64,000 nucleotides of DNA from Octopus sinensis (GCF_006345805.1 NC_043000.1:103726001-103790000); one strand, 5' to 3'. Counted from the stretch's first letter, positions 24,182 to 36,592 are shown. Notes: a model not told the origin generated them from the sequence alone. Numbers and translations are program-made.

Positions 24182-25210
24182 GAATAAATGAAAGAATGGA
24201 GTCGAACGAAGATGTTAACAAAATTCCTTTACTCTCGACATATGTTTCAAAGACAACATAGTTTCATTCCAAAGGAATAAAGGGTGCATTATGCAATCTT
24301 CTCATCAGGAAAGAAAGGGAGCCTCTCTCGACAACAAGACAAACAAAAATTTCGATGTTTTAATTTAATTTATTAAGGAACTTTCCCAGAAATTCTAGAT
24401 ATCATTCTATTATCAATTCCCACATAGTTAGAATCGCTTTCTCTAACACTAGAAATCTTTCACAAATTATATCTTCTCACAATACCAAGCTGCTAAACAA
24501 AGATTCTTCACCCGGGAGTGCCAACACTAATCTTGCTAATTCCAACCCATCATACAATCATAATAATAGGAATAGTATTAATAGTAATAGCATTGGTAGC
24601 AGCGATAGTGTTAACAATGATAATATTAATAATAGTATTAGTTGTGTTAATAACAATGGTAATGTTGATGGTAATAACAATAACGGTATTATCGTTGGTG
24701 GTATTACTGGTTGTATTACCATTAATAATACTAATAATAATAGGAATAGTGTAGTTGTTGGTGCCAATAATAATAGTAACAACAGTCATAGCAATAAAAA
24801 CTTTGTTTCGATCTCGGAGGACAACCCCAACAGAATTAAATTTTTGTCTAGTAATTCTAAGATTAAGAATTCTATTTACCAGTGTAGAATTTCTTCCGGT
24901 ACCGATGTCTTCTTCTATATAGGAGCGTCCACTTCCCAGTTATCCAAGAGAATTTCAAACCATTATTCAACATTCAGGGATAGTAAAAAACGACATAGTA
25001 CAGGGCTAAGTAAATTAGTTTGGCGTCTTAAAGACAACAATATAAATTTCAAGTTAGATTGGTTCATACTGTCTGTATCCTTTCCTTTTGATAAGGGCAG
25101 GAGATTTTGTAACATTTGCAACTCTGAACTCTTCCATATTTGCTACCCTGGTTTCGGTTCAACGAATTTTCCATGCTGACGATAAACATAGGATAATTCA
25201 TTCACCTATT
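23985..25210 (+). mobile_element. Penelope-like element (GIY-YIG) with inverted pLTR segments
   Basis: Frame open 24364-25179: NFPRNSRYHSIIN...IISSHNTKLL thumb/linker, Asn-rich tract, SIYQC...YIG...KRISNHYSTF...STGLSKLVWRLK...CNICNSE; inverted hammerhead segment 24225-24320; 23-bp perfect inverted repeat around 24047-24123. Confidence 0.85.
24225..24320 (-). ncRNA. Type I hammerhead ribozyme candidate (PLE-associated)
   Basis: - strand: UCCCUUUCUUUC-CUGAUGA-GAAGA[stem II]UCUUU-GAAAC-AUAU-GUC-GAGAGUAAAGGA; all core nucleotides present, palindromic ACAUAUGU stem III, GUC cleavage triplet. Confidence 0.75.
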
Positions 25211-25803
25211 TATATATATATATATATCAAAACAGGAGATTGGAAGCAAGTTTTGGTATTATTATTCACTATTGCATGTGTTTCATTTGCTAATAGGAGT
25301 TACAAATGTAGGAAAAACATGTAAGATATCTCTTATAAGAAATTCATCAGACAGAAAATCAAATAATACAAAATTTACACTTGAATAAGGCTATTATATA
25401 TAGTAAATAATCAGGAATGCTATTCATACTTAGAGGGGAAAGTAAAGAAAAAAGTAGTAATATAAAATATAGAGTTAGAGATGTATGTAATAAACATTGG
25501 CACATGCACATTCATAAAGGCTTTGTCATTGGTTCATAAGTTAATCTCAGTACTTGATTAGTATTTCTTTTATCAACCCTATGGCTACGGAAATGTTGAA
25601 GAATTAAAGTGAGAGAGTGAGTTCAAATCATACTGAGGTCATCTTTGCCTTTCAGCCTTGTGGGGTTCATAAAATATATAAATATCAGTCACATATTAGG
25701 CTCAATTAAATTGTCTAGAACTTACTCCAAACTTTTCATTTTTTTTTTCTTTTTGTAAAATTTCTATGCTTCTTTATTTTTATGTGTATATTTGTTTTGG
25801 CAG

Positions 25804-25908
25804 AATTAGGAGAATTCCTGCAACTGCTACATATCTTAGATGTGTGTCATTGCTATAATATGAAGAACAACTTGTTCACCGTACTCTGTAAACTTCAAAA
25901 ACAGACTT
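25804..25908 (+). CDS. DENND3: DENND3-like exon
   Basis: ggcAG|...T|GTAAGT; LGEFLQLLHILDVCHCYNMKNNLFTVLCKLQKQT; phase 1 to 1. Confidence 0.86.
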
Positions 25909-26020
25909 GTAAGTTGAATTAATGTTCAATTTCTTATTTTTAACTATCTTTGTTTGTATGTATATGTCTATACATACATGTTTATATTTATTGTGATTCG
26001 TCTTCAATATCTTTTGTCAG

Positions 26021-26195
26021 GTATAAGCCCCAAATCTTTGTCCCTTTTCCTGGAATCCTGGCAGAAGAACCAGGAACACTTCTCCCGCCTACCAGCCATC
26101 AAAAAAGAGCTGACCTTTATCGAATGGATTATAGCAGTGTCATCTCTCATTTTGACCAGTAATGGAATGGGATATTTAGTACTTACCAACCGAAG
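26021..26195 (+). CDS. DENND3: DENND3-like exon (PH/GRAM-like region)
   Basis: gtcAG|...AG|GTATGC; ISPKSLSLFLESWQKNQEHFSRLPAIKKELTFIEWIIAVSSLILTSNGMGYLVLTNR; preceded by a 112-bp intron; phase 1 to 2. Confidence 0.86.
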
Positions 26196-26955
26196 GTATG
26201 CGAGCTTTTTATAAGCCTTATTTTTGTTATTATTGTCACTGTTGTTGTTTTTGTTGTTAACCAGCAATGATCACTTGTAATTGAATTGATACTGTTGTTA
26301 TTGTTCTTTAACCCTGGGTTATCTCTTATATAAACCTATTATCAAATATGTTCCAGTCGTGATCACCTTTACTTTTTATTTAGACATAGTGTATCCTTGG
26401 CCCTTTTTTTTTAAGAAAATGGGGTGTGATTTTTAGTAAGCCCCCAATCTTCTCACAGTTGCAACCTTAGTGATTATTATCCTTATTGGTTGATTAACTG
26501 ATTTAATTTTCACATTGAATAAATCAAGTAATATTTTTGGTTATTGACAGCAGAATCACTTGGGACATCAGTTTGTTATGCTAAACATTTAATATAGAAA
26601 GATGCAACATTATTATAATGATCTTAATTCTTCAATACACATCAATTAGCTTGGGTAATAGAGATAACTAATTTGCTTCTGGTCATACCATCCCAAATAT
26701 AGCAACACGACTGAAAAGTGATGGATACATTGAATTTTTATATATAGTATGCACCCTTATTTTTAAGTTTAAAACACTGTAAAAAAAGATATGCACTATT
26801 CACAAATAAACACGTTCTGTCTAAAAATAAAAATAAGTCAGTTTGATCAGAGTATATTTAGGGCTAAACATCAACAACTGCAAGTCTTTACTATTGTTTA
26901 TATTATGTATTTACATGCATTTATTAAATTAATAAATCTATTACCATAATTGCAG

Positions 26956-27086
26956 GTTATTATTCATTAAACTGGGTTCCAAGAAACCACTGGTGGTCCT
27001 CCGTATTCAATTAATTGATAAGATTGAGAAAAAATCTAAACAGTCAGCTTTTACTCAAATTGATGGTTTGGTTATTTATTTTGCCG
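26956..27086 (+). CDS. DENND3: DENND3-like exon
   Basis: tgcAG|...G|GTAAAT; LLFIKLGSKKPLVVLRIQLIDKIEKKSKQSAFTQIDGLVIYFA; phase 2 to 1. Confidence 0.84.
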
Positions 27087-27129
27087 GTAAATACAATTTG
27101 TATTCTATAAATATTCATGTTTAAGTTTT

Positions 27130-27330
27130 GTTAAGTTGCTGGTACTGGCATCAACTATAGTTGAATGGTGCTTTTTACATGCCACCAGCACAGGAGCCAG
27201 TCAGGAGGTACTGACAATGACCATGCTCAAATGGTGCTTTTTACGTGCCACCAGCATGGGACCAGTAAGGTGGCACTGGCATAGGTGCCAGTCAGCCAGT
27301 ACTGGCATTGGCCATGACAATGACTTTACT
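27130..27330 (-). mobile_element. RTE 3'-tail array fragment
   Basis: tggtgctttttacatgccacc units, reverse complement of the RTE tail array. Confidence 0.8.
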
Positions 27331-28054
27331 TGACTCAATATATATATATATATATATATATATGCTATAGGTTTCTTAATCTTTCTCCCTACAGTCATAG
27401 GTATCAATTAGAATTTTTCTAAACCTATTTTCAACTGTGAGATATTTTAGTTTCCATATGTCCCTTCTCTATATTGTCTTCTGTTTTTGTGTCTGCCTGG
27501 CTCTGACATGTTTTCATTCTCCTAGCCACTAATTTATGCTGTGGAGTGCATTCTTCACTAGAAAACGTTTTAGTATTCACAATAGTCTTTCTGTCTTGAT
27601 TCTTGATGAGAATCCTGTTTTCTTCTGCTCCTTCTCTCATACTTCGACCCTTCATCTTCTAATATAAGCCTCTTTACTGTAGTCCCACTCAGTCGAAGGG
27701 ATCTTAGACTTTCAACCCACATGGCAACTTCACCAGTACTGGTGCCATGAAAAAAAATATGCTCAGTACACACTGTAAAATGGTTGGCATTAGGAAGAAG
27801 ATTCAACTGTAGACACCATGCTAAAGCAGACATTGGAGCATGATACAGCCCTCAGACTTGTTGGAACACAAATGTTTGATGGTGATGATTGCAGTGGTAG
27901 CAGCTATGATAAACATACATGTGTGTGTGTGTGTGTGTGTGATATATGTACCAAAATGTTCATCAAACTCTCTAACAAATTAACTTACCAACTAACCAAA
28001 TAATTCAGCATTTAACTTTCTAATTAACTATAATTGGTTTTGTATGTTGTTCAG

Positions 28055-28214
28055 AAAAGAAGACTTTCAGTGCTTGGTTAAAAAAAGAGCGTGATATCTG
28101 GTACTTGATGTTATCTGAAGTGTGGGCAGCCAAGTTATATTCTAAAGATCACAAGGATGATACAGCAATTATATCTGGTGCAGAAACAGCCTGTGCACTC
28201 TTGGCAATATTCAG
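28055..28214 (+). CDS. DENND3: DENND3-like exon
   Basis: ttcAG|...AG|GTAATA; KKTFSAWLKKERDIWYLMLSEVWAAKLYSKDHKDDTAIISGAETACALLAIF, matching the recalled DENND3 motif ERDLWNLMVKEMWAG...DHKD; phase 1 to 2. Confidence 0.92.
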
Positions 28215-28715
28215 GTAATAAAAAGTAATTCTACTTTGTTTTCTGGCTTTTGGGGGGTGCGGGAATTGGAGCAAAACAGTTACATTTATTTATTGTTATT
28301 ATGGAAACTTCAATGATATTGTAACAAATGTGGTGTTTTCCTTAATTTGCAATAGTAAGATGCATGGAAAATTGGATGTTTACATGATGAAATGACAATG
28401 CTGATAGTGATGATAGTGGCACCAGTGCCACTGCTATCACTATTACCATTATCATTTCATCATTTAAAAATCCAATTTTCTATACAGCTTACTATTGCAA
28501 AATAAGGAAAACACCATTTTGGTTACATTGAAGAATTTCCGTAGTAACAATAAGAAAATGTGACCTTATGAGTTGAGAACCTACTCTATGCATATTGTCT
28601 TGGGAAGTTCTTTAGAAATTGTTCATCTCTTTAGTTTATTACTCTTATGGCAGTATACCAGTTGGCAGGGAAAAAAAGGTCCAAAGAGGACTAAGCACAT
28701 GAAAGAAATAAACAA

Positions 28716-28747
<32 letters not shown>

Positions 28748-28759
28748 ACATGCTGAGCG

Positions 28760-29200
28760 CCCTGCTGTACTCTCTCTGAATGCAGGGGTCAAAGTCTCAT
28801 CAGGTGGTGAAGCAGCTGCAGTTGTGTAGGTGTCTTAGCCCCCTTCCAGTGCTTACACCAGAGCTGCCTGGGGCCACCCATCAATGTAGACAACAAGACT
28901 GCCACACCACAGTATAAGCTTTGTTGGGCCAGATGTTGTGACACTGGGCCAGATGTTTCTACCATCCTCAGTGCTTCTTCCTACTGCACCTCTTTCATCC
29001 TTTTTCTTGAGCCATAGCCAATGATTTGCTTTCTCAACATCTAACAATTTTCTGACATCTTTCTCTCCCTCACAGTAAATCAAAGACACCTGAGCTTTGA
29101 GTAAACCCCAGTTCCAACAAATCCTCTCACTCCTGCCTCTACAGGAAGATATATTGCCTCCCATCCATTGTTTTCACATAGTTCAACCAACTCACTATAT
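28760..29200 (-). mobile_element. Remnant of an RLE-type (Hero-like) non-LTR retrotransposon C-terminus
   Basis: SSCRG...WGL...KDVRKLLDVEKANHWLWLKKKD resembles the GCRGF...AExASxWLWxxR end of Hero-clade ORFs. Confidence 0.45.
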
Positions 29201-29250
29201 TTTCTGTCTTTCCTGTGTAACCAGTTGTTTTTTTTTTTCAAACTTTACAG

Positions 29251-29444
29251 TTGTCAACATTCTCTGGCAGCGAGCAACGTTAACATTGATAATGTGATAC
29301 GTCAAATGTGTCATTTCTCTAATCTCCATTCCCTTGGCCAACTAACCCTGCCTGGACCAACGAGAGAACTCTTGCAGAAGAAAATCAGCCCATGTCAAGA
29401 AGAAGTTGGTCAGAATGTTTTGAGATTGTTATACCTGAGTAGAG
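29251..29444 (+). CDS. DENND3: DENND3-like exon
   Basis: tacAG|...G|GTAAAT; CQHSLAASNVNIDNVIRQMCHFSNLHSLGQLTLPGPTRELLQKKISPCQEEVGQNVLRLLYLSR; phase 2 to 1. Confidence 0.86.
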
Positions 29445-29729
29445 GTAAATTTCTTCAACTCACTGAATTAGCCCATGAAAGTTTAACACCTGAATTAGTA
29501 TGATAGAAGCTTTAAGTCTATATCTAGTAATTTATGAAATACAACTCACAAGACTTTGAATTGCCCAGAGTTATTGTAGAAGACACTTGCCCAAAATGCC
29601 CCACAGTGAGATTGAACCCAAAACCATACAATTGGGAAGGAAATTTCTTAATCACACAGCCATGCCTGTGTGGTTAAGAAGTTGTATGTGTGTGTGACTA
29701 AAACAAGTAAAAGATAATATATATATATT

Positions 29730-29957
29730 TCTTTACTACCCACAAGGGGCTAAACACAGAGAGGACAAACAAGGACAGACAAACAGATTGAATCGATTAT
29801 ATCGACCCCAGTGCGTAACTGGTACTTATTTAATCGACCCCAAAAAGATGAAAGGCAAAGTCGACCTCTGCGGAATTTGAACTCAGAATGTAACGGCAGA
29901 TGAAATACGGCTACGCATTTGCCCGGCATGCTAATGTCTCTGCCAGCTCGCCACCTT
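29730..29957 (-). mobile_element. tRNA-derived SINE (third family) with conserved central domain
   Basis: - strand ggtggcgagctggcaga...gttctgagttcaaattccgcagaggtcgactttgcctttcatc...ggggtcgattaaataagtaccagtt. Confidence 0.8.
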
Positions 29958-30176
29958 CATAATACATATATATATTGTCATCATCATCATCATCATCATT
30001 TAACATCAGCTCTCTATGCTGGCATTAAATGATGATGATGATGATGGTGATATATATTATCTTTTATTTGTCTCACATATACATATATACACACACACAT
30101 GCACACACACACACACACACACACAGCTGTGAACTTCTTGTGCAATACATTTCTTTGTATTTTGGAAACCTTTCAG

Positions 30177-30283
30177 AATCAAGAGCCCAACTGTGGTGTT
30201 CACTAAGTGGTGGTACAGTGAGAGTTTTTGATGCAATTGTCTGGGAGCTGGAGAACACATTCATAAAAACCCTTGGTGACGTG
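30177..30283 (+). CDS. DENND3: DENND3-like exon (WD40)
   Basis: ttcAG|...GTG|GTAAGT; SRAQLWCSLSGGTVRVFDAIVWELENTFIKTLGDV; phase 1 to 0. Confidence 0.9.
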
Positions 30284-30534
30284 GTAAGTATAAGAAAATG
30301 TATGTATGACACATTCATAACGCGCTAGCATGGGTTTTCTTCCCAGTTATTTTTGTACTTGTTTCAGTCACTGGACTGCAACCACACTGAAGCATTGTCT
30401 TGAAGGGTTTAGCCGATCATATCAACCTTAGTACTATTGTTAAGTTTGGTGCTCATTCTATCAGTCTCTTATGCCAAACTTCTGAGTTACAGTGGCATAA
30501 ACAAACTAACACCTACTGAGGGGCAAACACAAAT

Positions 30535-30567
<33 letters not shown>

Positions 30568-31954
30568 CCTGCACACACATACACACAACACATGCATGGA
30601 CACACACACAGACATTTTGATGCAATAGGCTTCCACACATTTTGTACCTGCCAAATTCGCTTTGACAGGGTCCCCCATTCTCTTATCTGGTGGAAGGCAG
30701 ACAAATCACAAATCCCTTCAGGTAGATGGCCCTGCCCGATCTGTAGAAAAGGTGTATGTAGTAAATAATAATAATAACAACAACAACGATGATGATGATG
30801 ACAGCAACAGCAGCAGTGTTGATGATGATTTCTTTGAGCTTTAGTTTAGGTCAACCCTGATAAAGCAGTCCTGTAATGAAAAGAATTCTAGGTGTAGCCA
30901 ACAATGTTCTTTTGTTTTCTTAGATTATATTATTGAATAATATATCCCTCTTTTTATAAGACAGCAGAAGATATGATTTTAAGATCTGGCAATAATTATT
31001 ACAATTGAATATATATAATTTAAATGTAAGGTATATATTTAAATATATATGATTTATTTCCTTATACATCATCATCATTATCTAGCATACACTTTTCCAT
31101 TCTTGCATGGGTCAGACAGAATTAATTGAAAACGATTTTCTACAGCTGGATGCCTCTCCAGTCACCAGCCCTCACCTGTTTCCAAGAAAAGCAATATTTC
31201 TCTGGCTGGACATCAATTGACAGTGACACTTGTTTACAGTTATTGTGCATTGTCAAGACAAGGAAACACAATCACTCACTAACTACACACACATCCACGT
31301 GCATACATGCGCACACACACACACACACGCACATAACTGACTTCTTTCAGTTTCCATCTACCAAATCCACTTACAAGGCTTTTGTCAGCTTGTGACTACA
31401 GAAGACAGTTGCCTACAATGTCATGCAGTGGGACTGAACCCCAAATTACATCAGCAGGAAGTAAACTTATTAACAACACTGCCATACCTGTGCCTATGGC
31501 CATGTTTGTGCTTATCTAAATATATGATTTAAGTGTATGCAGTTTTAAATACAAGTGATTTTTAAAAAATATATATATCATATATTTCCATATAGAATTT
31601 AAATATTTTGAAATTACTTAAGTGTATATAATTGAAATACATGTGATTTATTTTAATCCTTTAGCATTTAAACTGACCACATCCAGCCAAAATATTCTAC
31701 CTGTATTACTTTCAAACTAACCAGAACCTGCTTCTCACATGTACCCTACACCTTTGGCAGAGTAATCTGAATGCTAAAGAGTTAAATATATATAATTTGT
31801 TTCCATATGCACTTTAAATATGCTGTTTATTTAACTACATACAATTTATATGATTTCCATATACTATATAAATATATGTAATTTCTTTAAGTATGCACAA
31901 TTTAAATACATGATTTTCTCTATGATTCTGAAATATTTCTTCAATATCTTCTAG

Positions 31955-32100
31955 ATGTGTTTATACTCACCTGATAACAGAAATATCTGGGCTGGAAGCT
32001 ACCATATTTACATAATCTCATCAGAGAGTATAAAATGTGTCACCCAGTTACTAGAACACAATAACAGAGTTGTTGCTATTATTGAAGCTGAAAGAAAAGG
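31955..32100 (+). CDS. DENND3: DENND3-like exon (WD40)
   Basis: ctAG|ATG...GG|GTTAGT; MCLYSPDNRNIWAGSYHIYIISSESIKCVTQLLEHNNRVVAIIEAERK; phase 0 to 2. Confidence 0.88.
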
Positions 32101-32372
32101 GTTAGTGTTGGTTTCTTGATTTAATCTCTTTAAGCTTGTTATTGCTGGTGGGATTTTTTCATTTAAAAAAAAAAATTTTATTAACCTGGAAGTCTGGATC
32201 AAATAATCCAATGTATCACAGTGGGATGTGATTTGTGACTAATTTGATTGCTAATTTTAGCAGGTCAAATGACCACATTGAGGCTTCGTTGTTAGCTTGA
32301 GAAAGTGAGATGGGAGAGAATACTGTCAATAATTATGACTTACTATAAATTTATTATCCTATGTGATTTCAG

Positions 32373-32509
32373 ATTGGTATTTACAGCCAGCTGGGATGGA
32401 ACGATCTTCAAATGGGATGCTGAAAGTTTAAAAATAGAACACAGGATCTGTTTAAAGGATGTTGAATATCTGCATGATATTCAGTTCTGTGTCAATTTTC
32501 TCTGGTGTG
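32373..32509 (+). CDS. DENND3: DENND3-like exon (WD40)
   Basis: ttcAG|...G|GTAAGT; LVFTASWDGTIFKWDAESLKIEHRICLKDVEYLHDIQFCVNFLWC (WD signature); phase 2 to 1. Confidence 0.92.
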
Positions 32510-32599
32510 GTAAGTAGAACAAAGATTCCTTTTTGTATGCACATGTATATTCAGATACTTATATATTTACTGCCTCTCTTCTTTCTCTGTTGTTTCTCA

Positions 32600-33460
32600 T
32601 AAAAAAAGTCAAATTTTGTGATTCAGTACATTTATCCAGCTGTCAAGGAAGACTCAAAATTTTTTTATAGAGAGGATGTTATATGAACAACATTAAATCT
32701 ACCTTTACTGTGAACTCAGAAGAATCCTCCAAGTTGTTTTGAATTTTGAACAGACAGGTGATATTATATTTGTGAAGGGTGATTTGAAGCCTATTCTTGT
32801 TCAAATTACAAATACTGAAAACAACTAAATAATGTAGAGGAGTCTGTAGTGTGGCAAGTTATTAAATTGGATTGCCACTCAAATAAGATCAGATCCTAGC
32901 TGTGATATTAGTGAATTAAGCTCACTTATGAAGAAGGAGAAGACAAAGTGTATAAGACAAGCTAAGCTAACAAAAGAAGTAGTGTTTGCAAATTTACATT
33001 CCAGATCTTTGGGATGGAATGATCTTCAAATGGAATGCTGAAAGTTTAAAAATGGAACACATGATTGAAGATGGTAGCCTACAGTGATGCACCTTTTGCC
33101 AGTCAAGATAATTACATAATTTTTGTAGTTGAAAGTAATGGCAGCCACTTTCTGCTGTAGTAATCAAATAGAATTATGAGAGTTGTCAAAAGCATGTAAC
33201 CGGCAGAAACTCTGGCAATTTGTAGATTTAATTAAAGCTTGCATGTTGCATGAGATATTTATTTGTGAGTTGTTACATATCAGTGTCTCATCAAGAAATC
33301 ATAGTTTGAAAGACTAGCAATTCTGTGATGCGTGATTCAAGCCACTCAATCCATAAAGCTCCTGGACAAAAGATTCAGAATTGAGATGGCCATTCTCAGA
33401 GTGATGTTAAATAAGAAGCAAATCAGTGAGATCTTTTAAATTTTATAAGATTATCAAATG
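32600..33460 (+). mobile_element. Ty1/Copia pol (RT-RNase H) remnant
   Basis: GKLLNWIATQIRSD...DISELSS; MVAYSDAPF; RVVKS.xPAETLA; LDKRFRIEMAILR across stops. Confidence 0.75.
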
Positions 33461-33479
33461 GTTGCTATTTCAACTAAAA

Positions 33480-34025
33480 GAGATGTTTACTTCTATGTCT
33501 ACCTCCTGACCATCTACCATAGCAGACATCATCAGTGTCTTCACATTCAACATTTGTTTGGAGGTGACCCTTTCCTCAAAGTATGCCACTGTTTCCTTAA
33601 CCTGAATTTTCTCAGAACTATTTGCCATTGAACCATTGTCAACATAAATTTCTTGAGTTCAGTAAATTTAAATATTAAATCAGTTACTGTTACTTTTACA
33701 TGTTTCTGTTATCTTCTGTCATATTTACACTTCTTAAAACTCTGTATGTGAGTACCAGCTCAGAAAGAGATATTTTGAATGATTTCAACTGTGTTACCTT
33801 TCTCTCAAATCCGTGTTTAGAATATTGTTCAAAGTTATCATAACAAATGACTGCTTATTTAGAATCTTCTTTAAATAATTCATCCAGTTTTTCATATACT
33901 TTTATAAGAGCATCTTTATTCAATTCTTCTGGATCCATTTCCAGACCAGCTTCTCTGGTTTTGCTTGTCAGAGAGAGAACTACAGTGTCTGCCGACTTCT
34001 TCTCAATGTTGCATGCTAATAGATC
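33480..34025 (-). mobile_element. Ty1/Copia gag-like remnant
   Basis: VVLSLTSKTREAGLEMDPEELNKDA...KLDELFKED...YDNFEQY, like LSL.GKAR.ALE...LD.LF.KD gag motifs of invertebrate Copia elements. Confidence 0.6.
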
Positions 34026-34137
34026 ATTTCTTTCTACTATGTGTTATACTTCTCTGACACTAAAGGTGAAGGGTTAGCATTTCTTTCTACTATGTATTAT
34101 ACTTCTCTGACACTAAAGGTGAAGGGTTAGCATTTCT
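34025..34137. repeat. 53-bp tandem duplication
   Basis: catttctttctactatgt(g/a)ttatacttctctgacactaaaggtgaagggttag x2, one mismatch. Confidence 0.95.
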
Positions 34138-36349
34138 TATTGTCATTTTGAACCTATGCTCAGCTACCAGTGTTAATTTAAAAAAGAAAAAAGTTCATAC
34201 CAAGCAACTATATTTGCAAACTCTTCAAAATGATAATCATAAAAAATAAAGGAATTCACCTAAACAAATTTTCAAATTTTGTTTATCTCATTCTGCTATT
34301 CATATGGCTACCATCTTTAGTAAAAATAAAATAAAATAAAATAAGACTCATCTTTCGGTTTATATATGATGCAAGATCTAAGGCAATAACTCATTAGACA
34401 CTAATTAAAAAAACGTATTGTTATCAGAGAAAGTGAATGGCATGAAGTTAGTCATTTAGCTGATTGTTCCTGGTTGGAGTCTGCTGTGGAATGAAACCTG
34501 GAGTTACTTTGTCCGAAAGGAATTTTGACACCACAGCTTAGGGTCCTGTTTCATTATATATTAGAGATGGAGCTGTCAACTCATTTTTTCTTGTATGATT
34601 TAAAAGGTCACAAAACATTGGTAAATTACTATAATCAAATATATATCCTATATTTGAATTAATAACATACTGTCAAGTATATTGAAAGCTTCACGATGAA
34701 GCTGATTATATTCAATTTTAGTGCTTGTAATTAATTAGAGTTTTCATTACTAATGACATGCTCCAAACTTTAAATAAGTGATAATCTGAAAATATGAGGA
34801 ATATTCAAGCTTTTCCCACTCAAATGCTTCAATCTTGGAACAAGTGATTCTGGCAGTATGAGGGCTTGCATTCTCATGATGGAGAATACCCTTTCAAGTG
34901 AGCAAAGAACACCTCTTCCCTTTCAGTTTTTCATTCAATCAGTTGAGTTATTCACAGTATTTTTGAGATGTGACTTGTTTGGTTTGGCAGTAGGATGCCA
35001 AAGTGAGTAACATCTTCCTCATACCACCAAATGCTAAACAAAGTCTCATTACAATGAAGATCTTGCTTTGATAGAGGTTTTACTTACTGCAAAGATGGAA
35101 CCCATTGCCTTCAATGTTTAACATTTTCATAAAGTATCCATTTTTTTTATATCACTTCTACAGTAACAAGGCAATCCAGAAACAGGGATAAAAATTGTTG
35201 TAAACGAAGCATAAAGCAGATTTCACACATTCTCTTGTGTTGCAGTTTGTGGGCAATACATTTGCTGAATTTAGGCTCCATTCCCAGTTTTCCCCAAATA
35301 ATGACTGAATTAAGTGTTGCACTACATCTTCAAATGATGCGTTACCATTTCTCTTGAGTACTGTTGTCATTTGTTCATTATCAAAGGAAACATGACTAGT
35401 AGAATCTTTCAAGCTGAAATCCCCACTTTTATTTATTTTAAACTATAGTGATGTATAGCTTCAGTATATTCTTTACAGCAGTGATAGCATGGTTCTACTT
35501 TTTGAACTCCTAAAACACAAAAATGTCTTTGGTAATCTCTATATTGTGATAGTTATTCAACAAATAATGTAGAGCTTCTAGCATGCTTAGCAGAATGTCA
35601 AGACTTTGTTCTTAAACAAAGTGATACAAACCTCAAAACTATAGTCATAAAAAAAAAAGAGTTTTTACTTTTGGGCTGACCTGGTTGATACATATATACA
35701 TGCCCACATGCATACATACATGCACACAAACAAACATATGCATGCATGAATGGGAGTAAATGGAGAGAATAGAGTAGAGAAAATGCTTTAGTTTTGTCAG
35801 GGACATGATAAAATGCATCCAGTCCATACTATAAAGTGATTTAGGGGTAGTGCAGTACCAAGGCATGGAAACACAATTGAAATAATGACATACAGACACG
35901 TCAATTTTTCTCTACTGCTGATGTGTCAGGGTAACAAGATGTTTTGAGACCTAGCCAACCCATGCCAGCAGGAAAAAGTGGACATAAAATGATGGTCCAA
36001 GTTGCAAAAAAAAAAGGAAGGATGGGTTTGTTTTTCTTTCTGTTTTTTTTTTTTGCTGTCCTTTGTACAACTCTTGACCCTTTAAATTCTAACCAGTCTC
36101 TTCTTTCACCACTCTAACATCCACGACCCACTCTTCTCTCCACTTCTCATCACTCTTATTCCTGCCACTATGTCCAGTCTTTCTTCCTTATTACATCAGT
36201 TCTCTGGAATCTTCTCCTTGCCCATGTCTTACCTGCAGATATTAACTTACACCAGTTTAAACAGAATATTAACAGCAGAAACATCACTGGTCTTGGAGGG
36301 CCTGCAGTAGTCATGGACACTGCTGCTTCTTTCTAACTCAGCAAGTATA

Positions 36350-36592
<243 letters not shown>

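Noticed and set aside
24518-24789. Hydrophobic I/L/V-rich membrane-protein-like ORFs
   Set aside because: Alternative frames of the AAT-rich tract within the Penelope ORF
35158-35412. 84-aa - strand ORF
   Set aside because: No recognisable motif or splice context; probably decayed TE, unassignable without a search
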